From IMG/VR virus record IMGVR_UViG_3300031758_000005: a DNA stretch of 64,000 bases, one strand, 5' to 3'. Positions 45,273 to 54,010 of this stretch are shown one piece after another; the stretch's first letter is position 1, and the number at the start of each line of letters is the position of its first letter. Below the pieces are notes generated by a model. It saw only the letters and a list, made by a program, of their open reading frames with translations, was not told where the DNA came from and did not search any database. Origin of the DNA: a virus. Lineage: Duplodnaviria > Heunggongvirae > Uroviricota > Caudoviricetes. A program made the translations under genes and the position numbers.

Positions 45273-46346
45273 TTACGGTGTTTGTATAGCATTGAGTAAT
45301 GCTCTTGCTACAACACGATCTTTTTCTTTTTCTTCTTCAGGAAGTGAAGAATAATTTACATTTGACAATTTTCTTCTTTGTTCAATTTTAGCGTCCAATT
45401 TACCATTATCTCTCAACTTTTGAGTATCACTGAATTGGTCTGGGTTTGCCACAAACTTTTTAGCAGTTTCATTCCAACCACTATGAATTGCATCCGAAAT
45501 CTTTTCTATGTCAGTTACACCCGCGTCAATTACTCTTTTGGCAAATTCCGCTGATTTTAAATTGGCTTGCCATCCAAATGTATTACCCGGAGTGCTTCTA
45601 CCATAATGATAAGCATTATCCAATGCTTCATCACTAACGGTTGCCAAATCTTCTATTGACATATTTTCATTCAACTTCTTGTGTAGAAGTTTAAGATGCT
45701 TTTGAAATGTTTCGTTTAAAATATTCTGGTTCATATGATTATAAGTATCTTCGGTTATATGTAATTGTTTTAAAAAAAAGTCAACAATTTCTTTTATTAT
45801 AGGTGCTAATCCTTTCGTGGAAAACATAATATCAGATTCTTTTTCAACGTCATCAAAATCTAAATCATAACTTCCAAGCTTTAAACCATTAGTAATGATA
45901 TCACGTATACTTTTAAGTGCAGCTCCATCACCACTCAATCCTTTTTTATACAATATCAACTTTGCAACTTTCATTAATAAACCAATTGTAATTGTATAAT
46001 ATATCGTAATAGCAATATGTTTTAATTCAGATTCATCTTTTGTTTTTAGTTTTGGTATTTTTTTCAATACAAACACCAATCCATTAATATATGATGTAGC
46101 CCATTTATCAATATTATCTATTGCAATTTGAATTTTTGGTAACATAGTTTTTGTTACAAAATTTGCAGTCTTCGATTTGTTAGAATCAGCAAACAAATTT
46201 TTAGGCATAATTAATGCAATTAAATTTTTTACTATATTAAGAAATGCAGCAGATATTACTGGTAAGGTAAGCAGCAATGTCACAATTGATACTACATCTC
46301 CAATTCCTTCTACATATAGTTTTTTCTTATTTACATTTTTAGCCAT
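45273..46346 (-). CDS. Hypothetical protein (357 aa)
   Basis: ORF sharing an NETFQKHLKLLHKKLNEN motif with the next gene. Confidence 0.5.
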   Translation of the reverse strand: MAKNVNKKKLYVEGIGDVVSIVTLLLTLPVISAAFLNIVKNLIALIMPKNLFADSNKSKTANFVTKTMLPKIQIAIDNIDKWATSYINGLVFVLKKIPKLKTKDESELKHIAITIYYTITIGLLMKVAKLILYKKGLSGDGAALKSIRDIITNGLKLGSYDLDFDDVEKESDIMFSTKGLAPIIKEIVDFFLKQLHITEDTYNHMNQNILNETFQKHLKLLHKKLNENMSIEDLATVSDEALDNAYHYGRSTPGNTFGWQANLKSAEFAKRVIDAGVTDIEKISDAIHSGWNETAKKFVANPDQFSDTQKLRDNGKLDAKIEQRRKLSNVNYSSLPEEEKEKDRVVARALLNAIQTP

Positions 46347-46377
46347 ATTGATATAAATATATCTACAAAAAAATAAA

Positions 46378-46405
46378 CCCCACTAAATTAATAGTGGGGT
46401 TTTTG
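46378..46405. terminator. Bidirectional rho-independent terminator with the same stem sequence as 45230
   Basis: CCCCACTA aattaa TAGTGGGG, flanked by AAAAAAATAAA and TTTTTG. Confidence 0.65.
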
Positions 46406-46425
46406 CTTATTAAATTGATATAGTT

Positions 46426-47088
46426 TTAAACTAATACAGCGTCATATAACTGGTTTGAATTGGCTGCTTTTATTCGAAGATGAACTTTGCCATCACTTGA
46501 TGTGATTACATGAATTACCTCAGCACCTCTTAAACCAGCTGGTTCACTACCTTCATTAGTTACTTCATCAACTGGTCTTTTTACTCCGCCGGCTGTATAG
46601 AGTATATCCAATAATTGTTTAAAGTTTTCGTCACTCCAATTTGGAAAGTTGCTTCTAACATCAGGATCTCCTCCTCCTTGACTCATACTTACAAAATCTC
46701 TAGCGGACATTTGCAAAGATGATGAACCTTTGCCAAAATGTTTTATATATTGATTAGCAGTATCTTTTACTTCTTCATCGGAAACACCACTGCCTTTTTT
46801 AACAATTTTTACAAACTCATTTCCTTTCAATTCAAAACCTCTTTCTTTGAATGCATCCACCAATTCATTAAACTCAGGCGTGCCTTTTTTAATATCTAAA
46901 TCATTCAAAATAGTATCAACTTCAAATGAAGAGGTATAACCACTACTATTTTGATCTAACCAAAAGGCTAGTTTAGCATCTATAGTGTCGTCGTCAGGCT
47001 CAAATAATCCTTCATTCAACTGAAGTTTTTTATTTAGAAGACCCAAATGTTTTTTAAATGTTTCGTTAAGTAAATTGCTCATATACAA
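46426..47088 (-). CDS. Hypothetical protein (220 aa)
   Basis: N-terminal LLNETFKKHLGLLNKKL is paralogous to an internal segment of 45273..46346. Confidence 0.5.
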   Translation of the reverse strand: MYMSNLLNETFKKHLGLLNKKLQLNEGLFEPDDDTIDAKLAFWLDQNSSGYTSSFEVDTILNDLDIKKGTPEFNELVDAFKERGFELKGNEFVKIVKKGSGVSDEEVKDTANQYIKHFGKGSSSLQMSARDFVSMSQGGGDPDVRSNFPNWSDENFKQLLDILYTAGGVKRPVDEVTNEGSEPAGLRGAEVIHVITSSDGKVHLRIKAANSNQLYDAVLV

Positions 47089-47104
47089 TAAATATATACA
47101 AAAA

Positions 47105-47133
47105 AATAAAACCCATCAAATTAATGATGGGTT
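47105..47133 (-). terminator. Rho-independent terminator after the RNA ligase gene
   Basis: AACCCATCA / TGATGGGTT stem, with the − strand reading TTTTATTTTTTTG after it. Confidence 0.6.
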
Positions 47134-47139
47134 CTACTA

Positions 47140-48231
47140 TTAGTTCTTTAAGACTTGGAACATCAACTTCTTATATTCTTCCTTACCTAATGGACGATTA
47201 TCCAAGAGTTTAAATACAAAAGCAGCTCTGTTTGTTTCACCATAAGATGAAATAACCAGTTGTGCTTGTTCTTTTCTGGTAGGCAATGAACGAAGTCTGT
47301 TATTCACAAAACTATTCATACCATCCACAATCTTGTTTACTTCCTTCTTACCATCCGCAATACGGCTAATAGTACCTTTAATTTGTTCTGCTAACTCGAA
47401 ATCAAAGGTGGTAAAGATATAGTTATAAAAAGTGTTGTAGTCAGGCATACCCTGTTCCAACCACACATCCATAATTTTTTCCAGTGAACTAAGTTCAGAC
47501 TTTAGATGATGTAACAGGAGATATTTAGATGCTTTAATCTTATGAATAGTCTGATCATTCTTACTATATAAGCATACGCCTTCTTTATCTTGCCACTTAT
47601 CTACAATCTGTAACATATCAGTTATATCAGTAAAAGTATAGATTTCCGGACGAAGTAAATCATACTTCTTAGCCATAGCATCCAACATATCTTGTTGTGC
47701 AAGTGAATAGTTGATATGATTAATAAAACCAATCAACTTCCACATAGGTTCATCGCCATACGATAACACAATTTTATTGATTGGAGACAGCCATTCCCAA
47801 ATGATAGAATAACCCCAAGTATCATTGTTATCCTGTAACTTACTTAGAATAGTTGACTTGAACAATTCTAACTCAAAACCATTAGCCATAGTAGAAGCAT
47901 CAACAGTTCCACGGGTTCGTAGAATATATTGACCCTTATACTTGCTAACAATCAAAGTGCTACCGTCCAACTTTTCAACAACAGTGCAATGCTTCAATGA
48001 AGCAGGAACAGGAAAGTGTTCAGGATTCTCCCCATAGTTAGTAAACTTCGGAAATGATGCACTAATAACTTCACCCTCATAATTCACAACCACACTACGC
48101 ATGTGCTTGTTGTCTTGCGTCCACTTAGTGCCAATATTTTGGGGTTGAATCAAATGGACAATTTCACCGAAAGCGTGGAAATGGTGCACCATAAATTGAG
48201 TGCGGTCAACCTTATCTATGTCAATTTTCAT
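47140..48231 (-). CDS. RNA ligase-like nucleotidyltransferase (second copy, distinct family)
   Basis: VVEKLDGSTLIVSKY KxDG motif. Size of 363 aa is similar to T4 Rnl1. Leaderless-type promoter upstream. Confidence 0.55.
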   Translation of the reverse strand: MKIDIDKVDRTQFMVHHFHAFGEIVHLIQPQNIGTKWTQDNKHMRSVVVNYEGEVISASFPKFTNYGENPEHFPVPASLKHCTVVEKLDGSTLIVSKYKGQYILRTRGTVDASTMANGFELELFKSTILSKLQDNNDTWGYSIIWEWLSPINKIVLSYGDEPMWKLIGFINHINYSLAQQDMLDAMAKKYDLLRPEIYTFTDITDMLQIVDKWQDKEGVCLYSKNDQTIHKIKASKYLLLHHLKSELSSLEKIMDVWLEQGMPDYNTFYNYIFTTFDFELAEQIKGTISRIADGKKEVNKIVDGMNSFVNNRLRSLPTRKEQAQLVISSYGETNRAAFVFKLLDNRPLGKEEYKKLMFQVLKN

Positions 48232-48268
48232 AGATTTATCTTACAACAGATTTTAAAGAAAGTCAAGG
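48232..48268 (-). promoter_or_regulatory. Conserved promoter upstream of RNA ligase 47140..48231
   Basis: − strand reads CTTGACTTTCTTTAAAATCTGTTGTAAGAT-N6-ATG. The −35 overlaps the stop of the upstream gene. Confidence 0.45.
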
Positions 48269-48595
48269 TTCATCTTCAACATTTTCACCACATTCTTTGC
48301 AACTATCAAATAGTAGAAACAAAGACAGTTTTTCTTCCATTTTTTCTTTGCTTCCAAAGTGTTCTGTAAGTATTTCGTCTGCTTTGATATCATCTTTCCA
48401 ACCAGCCCAATTTCCGTCACCGGGAGTTCCACCCAATTCCAGATAATTACACCAAGGAAATTCCACACCATTGACATTTTTTACATCATAGTATGGACAC
48501 CGATTTACTGTGCCACGATAGTTGTTACTTTCACTAGGAACCTCTTTCCAAGTGTAACAATAATCTCCTTTGGGTATGACACTAGTGTCTTTCAT
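48263..48595 (-). CDS. Hypothetical protein (110 aa)
   Basis: ORF with the consensus promoter upstream. Confidence 0.45.
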   Translation of the reverse strand: MKDTSVIPKGDYCYTWKEVPSESNNYRGTVNRCPYYDVKNVNGVEFPWCNYLELGGTPGDGNWAGWKDDIKADEILTEHFGSKEKMEEKLSLFLLFDSCKECGENVEDEP

Positions 48596-48634
48596 ACAAC
48601 TACATTACTACACAGTTTAGAATAAGTCAAGCCA
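48596..48634 (-). promoter_or_regulatory. Conserved promoter upstream of 48263..48595
   Basis: − strand reads CTTGACTTATTCTAAACTGTGTAGTAATGT-N6-ATG. Confidence 0.5.
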
Positions 48635-49034
48635 AATATTTCAAAATGAAATAATTGCAAATTAGATGATAGGTATTATCACTTATAATGTATAGCCAAG
48701 TGCTAATAAACTTGGGTCTAGCATCTGGATCAGTATTTTTCCAATCGTCATAATAACCAGTAACGTTGCATTTATCATATGATGGATATGACCAATCTGG
48801 TCCAATTCGATTTTTATACCAAACAAAGTATTTGATAATACACCATCTATCTTGAATAAAGTGAGTGGCAAATATTAGAAATAGTGCTAGTATATTTTGA
48901 GTAAGCAACAAAAATGGTACAGTATATAACAAACAGTGAACCAAACAAGGAATAGATCGCTTGTTTTTATTCAAAGCCATCCAATCGCTTTGGAAATAAT
49001 AATCTGCTACTAAATGTACCAATAGTTGTTCCAT
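48627..49034 (-). CDS. Integral membrane protein (135 aa)
   Basis: Several hydrophobic segments. Confidence 0.45.
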   Translation of the reverse strand: MEQLLVHLVADYYFQSDWMALNKNKRSIPCLVHCLLYTVPFLLLTQNILALFLIFATHFIQDRWCIIKYFVWYKNRIGPDWSYPSYDKCNVTGYYDDWKNTDPDARPKFISTWLYIISDNTYHLICNYFILKYLA

Positions 49035-49035
49035 A

Positions 49036-49557
49036 TCAAAGTAGAGTTATATCTTCGTATCTGATTACCCAACCACCCTTTTTATTAATATCATCATTCA
49101 CAGTTACTTCATAAGTTTCTGGTTTAATGCCGGTAATATAGTGATTTTCATACTTCTTATAACCTTGTTTGGCATTTACCTTTTTGCCAATTACATCACT
49201 AGGAATCTCTAGAAAATTCTCTTTGGTCCATTGTCCAATAATTTCTTTGGTCAAACTATCCTTGATAGTACTAACACCATCCAGAATATATACCAATTCA
49301 CTATCTGGTTCAATATACTTATATTCACTCAAATATTGAGCAAGTGTAAATCCATCAGTATCAGATTCAAACAAACAATCAATAATGTCTTGTTCATAGG
49401 TTTCCTGTGTTTCTTCATAACCGCCACCAGAGGTACACCAATTTATATATTGATCAACAACACGATTAAAGTGTTTGTTTTCACGGTTAATATTTTCCCT
49501 TGAAAATTTAGGACGCTTAACCTTGTCTTGTAGCTTCATATAGGTTTGTTCACTCAT
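49036..49557 (-). CDS. Hypothetical protein (173 aa)
   Basis: ORF with the consensus promoter upstream. Confidence 0.45.
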   Translation of the reverse strand: MSEQTYMKLQDKVKRPKFSRENINRENKHFNRVVDQYINWCTSGGGYEETQETYEQDIIDCLFESDTDGFTLAQYLSEYKYIEPDSELVYILDGVSTIKDSLTKEIIGQWTKENFLEIPSDVIGKKVNAKQGYKKYENHYITGIKPETYEVTVNDDINKKGGWVIRYEDITLL

Positions 49558-49598
49558 AACTTTATAAGATTACCACACAGTTTATAACAAGTCAAGAA
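49558..49598 (-). promoter_or_regulatory. Conserved promoter upstream of 49036..49557
   Basis: − strand reads CTTGACTTGTTATAAACTGTGTGGTAATCT-N9-ATG, near-identical to the 48596 copy. Confidence 0.5.
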
Positions 49599-49942
49599 AT
49601 TTCTGGACACAAAGTTGCATCATACGCTCTTGGTAAAGAATCATCTCTACCATCTTTAAATGGAAATTTATGACAAACTGATGGGTAAAATTTATGAGAA
49701 TGTATTTTACATCCATTATTCCAAAATATACATCTTCCATTCCAAGTTTGGGTTCTATATTCTTTTTTATCATTATCAAAGAAAATAAAATTATCCCCAA
49801 ACTCATTTAACAGACCCTCACCTTCTTCTTTTGATAAGAAAGTTCCCCACTTACAACATACAGAGTTGTGAGGACACGGATTACATGGTAATATATTCAT
49901 ATTTTTGGCAGTTTGTAGTCTGGAATTTGACTTGGAAACCAA
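49592..49942 (-). CDS. Cys-rich hypothetical protein
   Basis: CNPCPHNSVCC ... CIFWNNGC ... C clusters. Confidence 0.4.
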   Translation of the reverse strand: MVSKSNSRLQTAKNMNILPCNPCPHNSVCCKWGTFLSKEEGEGLLNEFGDNFIFFDNDKKEYRTQTWNGRCIFWNNGCKIHSHKFYPSVCHKFPFKDGRDDSLPRAYDATLCPEIS

Positions 49943-50106
49943 AAGAAGTCTTCTTCAAAACTATAAAAAAAGTTTTGATTAGTAGCATGATTATACGCTT
50001 CCATTACAGTTCTGTCATTTAATGTACGTTGTTTACCCCTAAATTCCATGTGGGGATATTTTTTCTTAATTTCTTCTGGAACGTGAATATTCATTTGGCA
50101 ATCCAA
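49897..50106 (-). CDS. Hypothetical protein (69 aa)
   Basis: ORF overlapping the start of the previous gene. Confidence 0.35.
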   Translation of the reverse strand: MDCQMNIHVPEEIKKKYPHMEFRGKQRTLNDRTVMEAYNHATNQNFFYSFEEDFFWFPSQIPDYKLPKI

Positions 50107-50417
50107 TCGTGAAATCGTTGCGGTAAAAACATATAAATTGTTATTGTTGCAAGTGAAATTGTAACGGGTGATACATCTACCTTAAATAGATGATACAACA
50201 ATATACTTGTACCCAATGACAATATCAAATTAACAATAAACGCTAAAAATAATTTCATAGAAATATTGATTGAATGCTCTTTAACTTACGATTAAGTTCT
50301 TTATTTTCTTCTTTCAGTTGTTCAACTTCTTGCATTAATCTAGAGTTTTCTTCGTGTAAATTTCTAATGTTATCCATTAAATCTCGTAAGATATCTTCAT
50401 TACTTTCAAAGTCCATA

Positions 50418-50630
50418 TTATTCTACCTTTCCATATACAGTTTCAACATCAATATAATAATTAGGCAATCCAAATGGACGAATAGTGAACTTCCAAGTCT
50501 TTTCCCTATCCTTGAAGTTATAACCACTAATAAATCCAATACCACGGTTAGTGTTTACCTTGTCACCAAAATGATAAGGAAGAGGATTTTCAGCAAGAAC
50601 TTTGGCGAACAACTCATTATTATTGATCAT
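50418..50630 (-). CDS. Hypothetical protein (70 aa)
   Basis: ORF. Confidence 0.4.
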   Translation of the reverse strand: MINNNELFAKVLAENPLPYHFGDKVNTNRGIGFISGYNFKDREKTWKFTIRPFGLPNYYIDVETVYGKVE

Positions 50631-50654
50631 ATAACAACTTTACCCCAACTTTTT

Positions 50655-51182
50655 TTAAATGTCAAACACTTTTCCGTCAAAATATGCTTTACATCCCAAA
50701 ACTCGGTCAATCGCAAAGATTTTCACATCAGCTTCACTAAACATAGTAAATGTAGCATTATCGTGTCCCTTCCATTGTTCACGTTGTGCCTCATTACACA
50801 AATCATTAAATTGCCGGTGTATATAAACATCTTTGATGCCACTTTGGATGATTCCCCTAGCACAGTCTGCACAAGGCAAAGCATTGGTATAAAGAATTGC
50901 GCCATCGGTGTTTATACCGTACCTAGCAGCTGCGTAAATCGCATTGCGTTCACCGTGTTCGTACCATTTGTACTTTTCTGGTCGTTCGTTACGAATTTCA
51001 TTTTTGTCTGCTACCCCAATAGGAATGCCATTGAAGCCAGTAGATATGATTCGTTTGTCTTTTACAATGAGAGCACCAATCTTTGTCTTGGGATCTTTGG
51101 ATTTACTTGCAACCCAATAGACTCCTTGTAAAAACCATTCGTTCCAATCTGGTGGTGTATAATTTAATCCCATAAGTGACAA
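50655..51182 (-). CDS. dCMP deaminase
   Basis: HGERNAI zinc/catalytic motif and PCADCA motif. Overall T4 Cd-like layout, 175 aa. Confidence 0.8.
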   Translation of the reverse strand: MSLMGLNYTPPDWNEWFLQGVYWVASKSKDPKTKIGALIVKDKRIISTGFNGIPIGVADKNEIRNERPEKYKWYEHGERNAIYAAARYGINTDGAILYTNALPCADCARGIIQSGIKDVYIHRQFNDLCNEAQREQWKGHDNATFTMFSEADVKIFAIDRVLGCKAYFDGKVFDI

Positions 51183-51709
51183 TAGTATTTTGCAAATAGT
51201 TCTAGACCTTTTTGTTTGCGTTCTTGTAATTCATTGTGTTTTTTCATCCACTCATCAAAAGATTGTTTTTGTTCTGGAGTTTTTCCTTTATTTAGAAGCC
51301 ATTCTGTATCTCCAAGATAATGTGGAAATGGATTGAATCGTTCGTCATCATTTAGATATTCAAATGTCCAAATAAGTTCATCAAGTACATTTTCCCATTC
51401 TTCTGGTGTGAAATCTGGATGATAACCATACCGTTTCATTTTCTTGAAGTGTTTTAGTCTGGGTAGAATAAACTTACTGAATGTACCATCCAAACTCCAA
51501 CATTCTTCATTACTTACACCATAACGCATACGTTGATATGTACTAATAAACCATCGTTTAATGTCATGACATTTGTAATATACACGCCAACCATATGGTA
51601 CTGTATCAAACAACCAGTCACCAAATTTATTGGTTCTATACCATTTTTCTTCTGAAAGAGGTGTGTTTTCAGAATCTTCTAATCGTTCGTTGATTTTTTT
51701 GAGATCCAT
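51164..51709 (-). CDS. Hypothetical protein (181 aa)
   Basis: ORF with a promoter-like TTGACA-N16-TATAGT immediately upstream. Confidence 0.45.
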   Translation of the reverse strand: MDLKKINERLEDSENTPLSEEKWYRTNKFGDWLFDTVPYGWRVYYKCHDIKRWFISTYQRMRYGVSNEECWSLDGTFSKFILPRLKHFKKMKRYGYHPDFTPEEWENVLDELIWTFEYLNDDERFNPFPHYLGDTEWLLNKGKTPEQKQSFDEWMKKHNELQERKQKGLELFAKYYCHLWD

Positions 51710-51748
51710 ATTACAACTATATCACAGAGTGTATATGTGTCAAACAAA
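51710..51748 (-). promoter_or_regulatory. Sigma70-like promoter upstream of 51164..51709
   Basis: − strand reads TTGACA-N16-TATAGT-N6-ATG. Confidence 0.4.
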
Positions 51749-51771
51749 AAACCCCACATTTTACTGTGGGG
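51745..51771 (-). terminator. Rho-independent terminator
   Basis: CCCCACA / TGTGGGG stem, with the − strand followed by TTTTTTGTTTG. Confidence 0.6.
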
Positions 51772-51797
51772 TATGATGAATAAACAAACAAATGAAA

Positions 51798-52019
51798 TTA
51801 TTTAACGTTTTTCAAACCAGGATGTGCTTTGTGCCAAGGCATTTCGTGTACAACTGTTGGTGCTTGGTTAGACCATCTAGCTTGTTGTGGTTGTTGGGCT
51901 TGTTGTTGAGCTTGATCCATTTGTTGAGCAGCTAACATAGCATTTGCGGTACCTGGATTGTTGCTGGTAAGACCTACAACTGGATTTTGTGTTTTGATTC
52001 CTAAATAAAGACCTGACAT
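51798..52019 (-). CDS. Gln-rich small protein
   Basis: ORF followed by a terminator hairpin. Confidence 0.4.
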   Translation of the reverse strand: MSGLYLGIKTQNPVVGLTSNNPGTANAMLAAQQMDQAQQQAQQPQQARWSNQAPTVVHEMPWHKAHPGLKNVK

Positions 52020-52048
52020 AGTGTTATACCTTTTGTTAAATATAACTA

Positions 52049-52246
52049 TTAAGCTTTATCATCATTATACACAAAATTATCACTAAACATAGAATATAAA
52101 TAATCGTGATGTTTATCTTCTAAAAGATATTCACGTATATCAATAATGCGACGGTCATCACAACAATGACACTGCATATAAATCTTATCCCGCTTTAATT
52201 TAGCTGGCATATCACAATAATTGCAAGTAATTTGAAGGTTGTCCAT
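52049..52246 (-). CDS. Small zinc-ribbon-like protein
   Basis: CNYC ... CHCC Cys pairs. Confidence 0.4.
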   Translation of the reverse strand: MDNLQITCNYCDMPAKLKRDKIYMQCHCCDDRRIIDIREYLLEDKHHDYLYSMFSDNFVYNDDKA

Positions 52247-52271
52247 ATACTATAAAAATATCATACATTTT

Positions 52272-52308
52272 AAATAAAACAAGGGATGTCACTGTTACGT
52301 AACATCCC
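52272..52308 (-). terminator. Rho-independent terminator after the metallophosphoesterase gene
   Basis: GGGATGT / ACATCCC stem, with the − strand followed by TTGTTTTATTT. Confidence 0.5.
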
Positions 52309-52329
52309 CCATTATATTGTAACATTAGG

Positions 52330-53109
52330 TTACAGATCGCTATAGTTCTTCAGTTCAATCTTACCATTTAGTATGGTAATATACTGACTAAGATTACAAT
52401 CAATACAAATGTTGTTTGCATCAACGATATTAGCAAATCCTTCTCTATGATATTGTGCGGCTTTACCAGTTCGCCATTGATTTGTATGACCCACAATTTG
52501 TCTCAACTCTTCAATGGGTTGAAACTCTTCGTTAAAATCACACCAAACAATACCACCACATTTGTTTCTACCACCCCTTGCATATCCAGCGCCATAAAAC
52601 CAATGTGGTTCATTGATCTTTAGTTTGGTTCTAGCATCATTATCACTTTGATCCAGATACTTGAAGATAACTTCATTTGTGGCACAAATTGGAGGTAACA
52701 AACGTTTATCCAATCCAGCGTGGGTTAATAGAATATCATCTACAACAATCGACCAGTGAAACTTATCTTGTATATCACCTCTGACCTTGCCAATAACGTT
52801 ATCAATTGCATCATACTTCCATTGTTCATAACCACTACACCAAGATGTAGAAGCATTAAACAGATAGTGTATATCGTGATTACCAAATAGAGTATAGTTC
52901 TTTGGGTTAGGAAGAAATACATCTCTTAGATATTTGGCTGTAGCAACATAGTCAGTAACATCATCCAAATTGAAACTATCAAACCAATCACCCAAACAAA
53001 TGTTGATATCGCCATCTTCTTTGGTAAAGATGGTATCCAACTTTGTGTAATGATTATGTGGATCAGCAGCAATTACAATCTTTTGTTTATTGGAACTAAA
53101 CTTTAGCAT
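52330..53109 (-). CDS. Calcineurin-like metallophosphoesterase (Ser/Thr phosphatase or diadenosine-tetraphosphatase type)
   Basis: DPHNHY ... GDWFDS ... GNHDIHY motifs. Confidence 0.7.
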   Translation of the reverse strand: MLKFSSNKQKIVIAADPHNHYTKLDTIFTKEDGDINICLGDWFDSFNLDDVTDYVATAKYLRDVFLPNPKNYTLFGNHDIHYLFNASTSWCSGYEQWKYDAIDNVIGKVRGDIQDKFHWSIVVDDILLTHAGLDKRLLPPICATNEVIFKYLDQSDNDARTKLKINEPHWFYGAGYARGGRNKCGGIVWCDFNEEFQPIEELRQIVGHTNQWRTGKAAQYHREGFANIVDANNICIDCNLSQYITILNGKIELKNYSDL

Positions 53110-53147
53110 ACTGAGAGTATAACACGATTATTTTTAAAAGTCAAGTG
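53110..53147 (-). promoter_or_regulatory. Conserved promoter upstream of metallophosphoesterase 52330..53109
   Basis: − strand reads CTTGACTTTTAAAAATAATCGTGTTATACT-N6-ATG. Confidence 0.45.
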
Positions 53148-53379
53148 ATTTGGTCTTAACTTTTGTTAGTAGCCATTTGACCATTTGATATTTGGTAGAT
53201 GGATCACCATACTTTTTTATATTAAAGTGATCCAGTTCCAATTCATAGAGTCTACGAGTAGTGTCCATTTTTTCAAACCATTTTGAATCTACTGGAGAGT
53301 CATCTGTGTGTTTCTCTAGTTTTTCTAAACATTCGATTAGAAATTCGTATTCAATTTTGGTAAGAATTACTTTTTTCAC
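53134..53379 (-). CDS. Hypothetical protein (81 aa)
   Basis: ORF. Confidence 0.4.
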   Translation of the reverse strand: MKKVILTKIEYEFLIECLEKLEKHTDDSPVDSKWFEKMDTTRRLYELELDHFNIKKYGDPSTKYQMVKWLLTKVKTKSLDF

Positions 53380-53436
53380 TTCTCGGTAGATTTAGACTTC
53401 TTTTTATCTCCCCAGTTAATTTTATCGTAATTAGAA

Positions 53437-53868
53437 TTATAGGTTTTCTTGTTCACTGGTCTGGGAGACGATCCCTTCCCGTTCTGATGTGATTGATTGC
53501 TCATAAAAATGTTGATATCCTTTCTCTATTGTACTAAAAAATGAATTGTTCGCATACATATCTGAAGCAATTGCTTTATCACTTTTGATATATTGTGCAT
53601 TTACGTTTTTCAAAGTAAATTTTCCGTTTGTGTCGTCGGTTTTTTCGTATCCTACAAATAAAACACTGAAATATTTTTCATGAAGCACATCATCAAATGC
53701 TCCATCGTAATCTTGGATGTAAACAATGTCTGCTTCGCTCCACTTATTATTAATACGTGGACACACACATAGTTTGTATTCGTTATCAATGAATGCTTTG
53801 AATACAAAAGCATTGGGTTTGGTTAATTCACTCATATTTTTCAGCACATTTACTGCAAAGTTGACCAA
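53437..53868 (-). CDS. Hypothetical protein (143 aa)
   Basis: ORF. Confidence 0.45.
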   Translation of the reverse strand: MVNFAVNVLKNMSELTKPNAFVFKAFIDNEYKLCVCPRINNKWSEADIVYIQDYDGAFDDVLHEKYFSVLFVGYEKTDDTNGKFTLKNVNAQYIKSDKAIASDMYANNSFFSTIEKGYQHFYEQSITSEREGIVSQTSEQENL

Positions 53869-54007
53869 CTCCTTCTACATAGTTGTAACGATAGTCGATA
53901 TGTTTGTCTTTGGGTTCATTTGTTTCGACTCCACAAACAATACATTCTTCCATTTCAGACATTACTTTAAAGTCACCATTGGGTAATTTTTCAATTTTAT
54001 TATTCAT
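53828..54007 (-). CDS. Possible small Cys4 zinc-ribbon protein (59 aa), absent from the ORF track because it is under 60 aa
   Basis: MNNKIEKLPNGDFKVMSEMEECIVCGVE...GQLCSKCAEKYE. Fills the otherwise empty 53869-54010 gap on the gene-dense strand and overlaps the next gene's start. Confidence 0.3.
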   Translation of the reverse strand: MNNKIEKLPNGDFKVMSEMEECIVCGVETNEPKDKHIDYRYNYVEGVGQLCSKCAEKYE

Positions 54008-54010
54008 AAT

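Noticed and set aside
50661-50670. TTGACA-like hexamer (tgtcaaac on +) near 50661
   Set aside because: It lies inside the dCMP deaminase coding sequence, with only 24 nt between the flanking genes, so there is no room for a promoter. The genes are translationally coupled.
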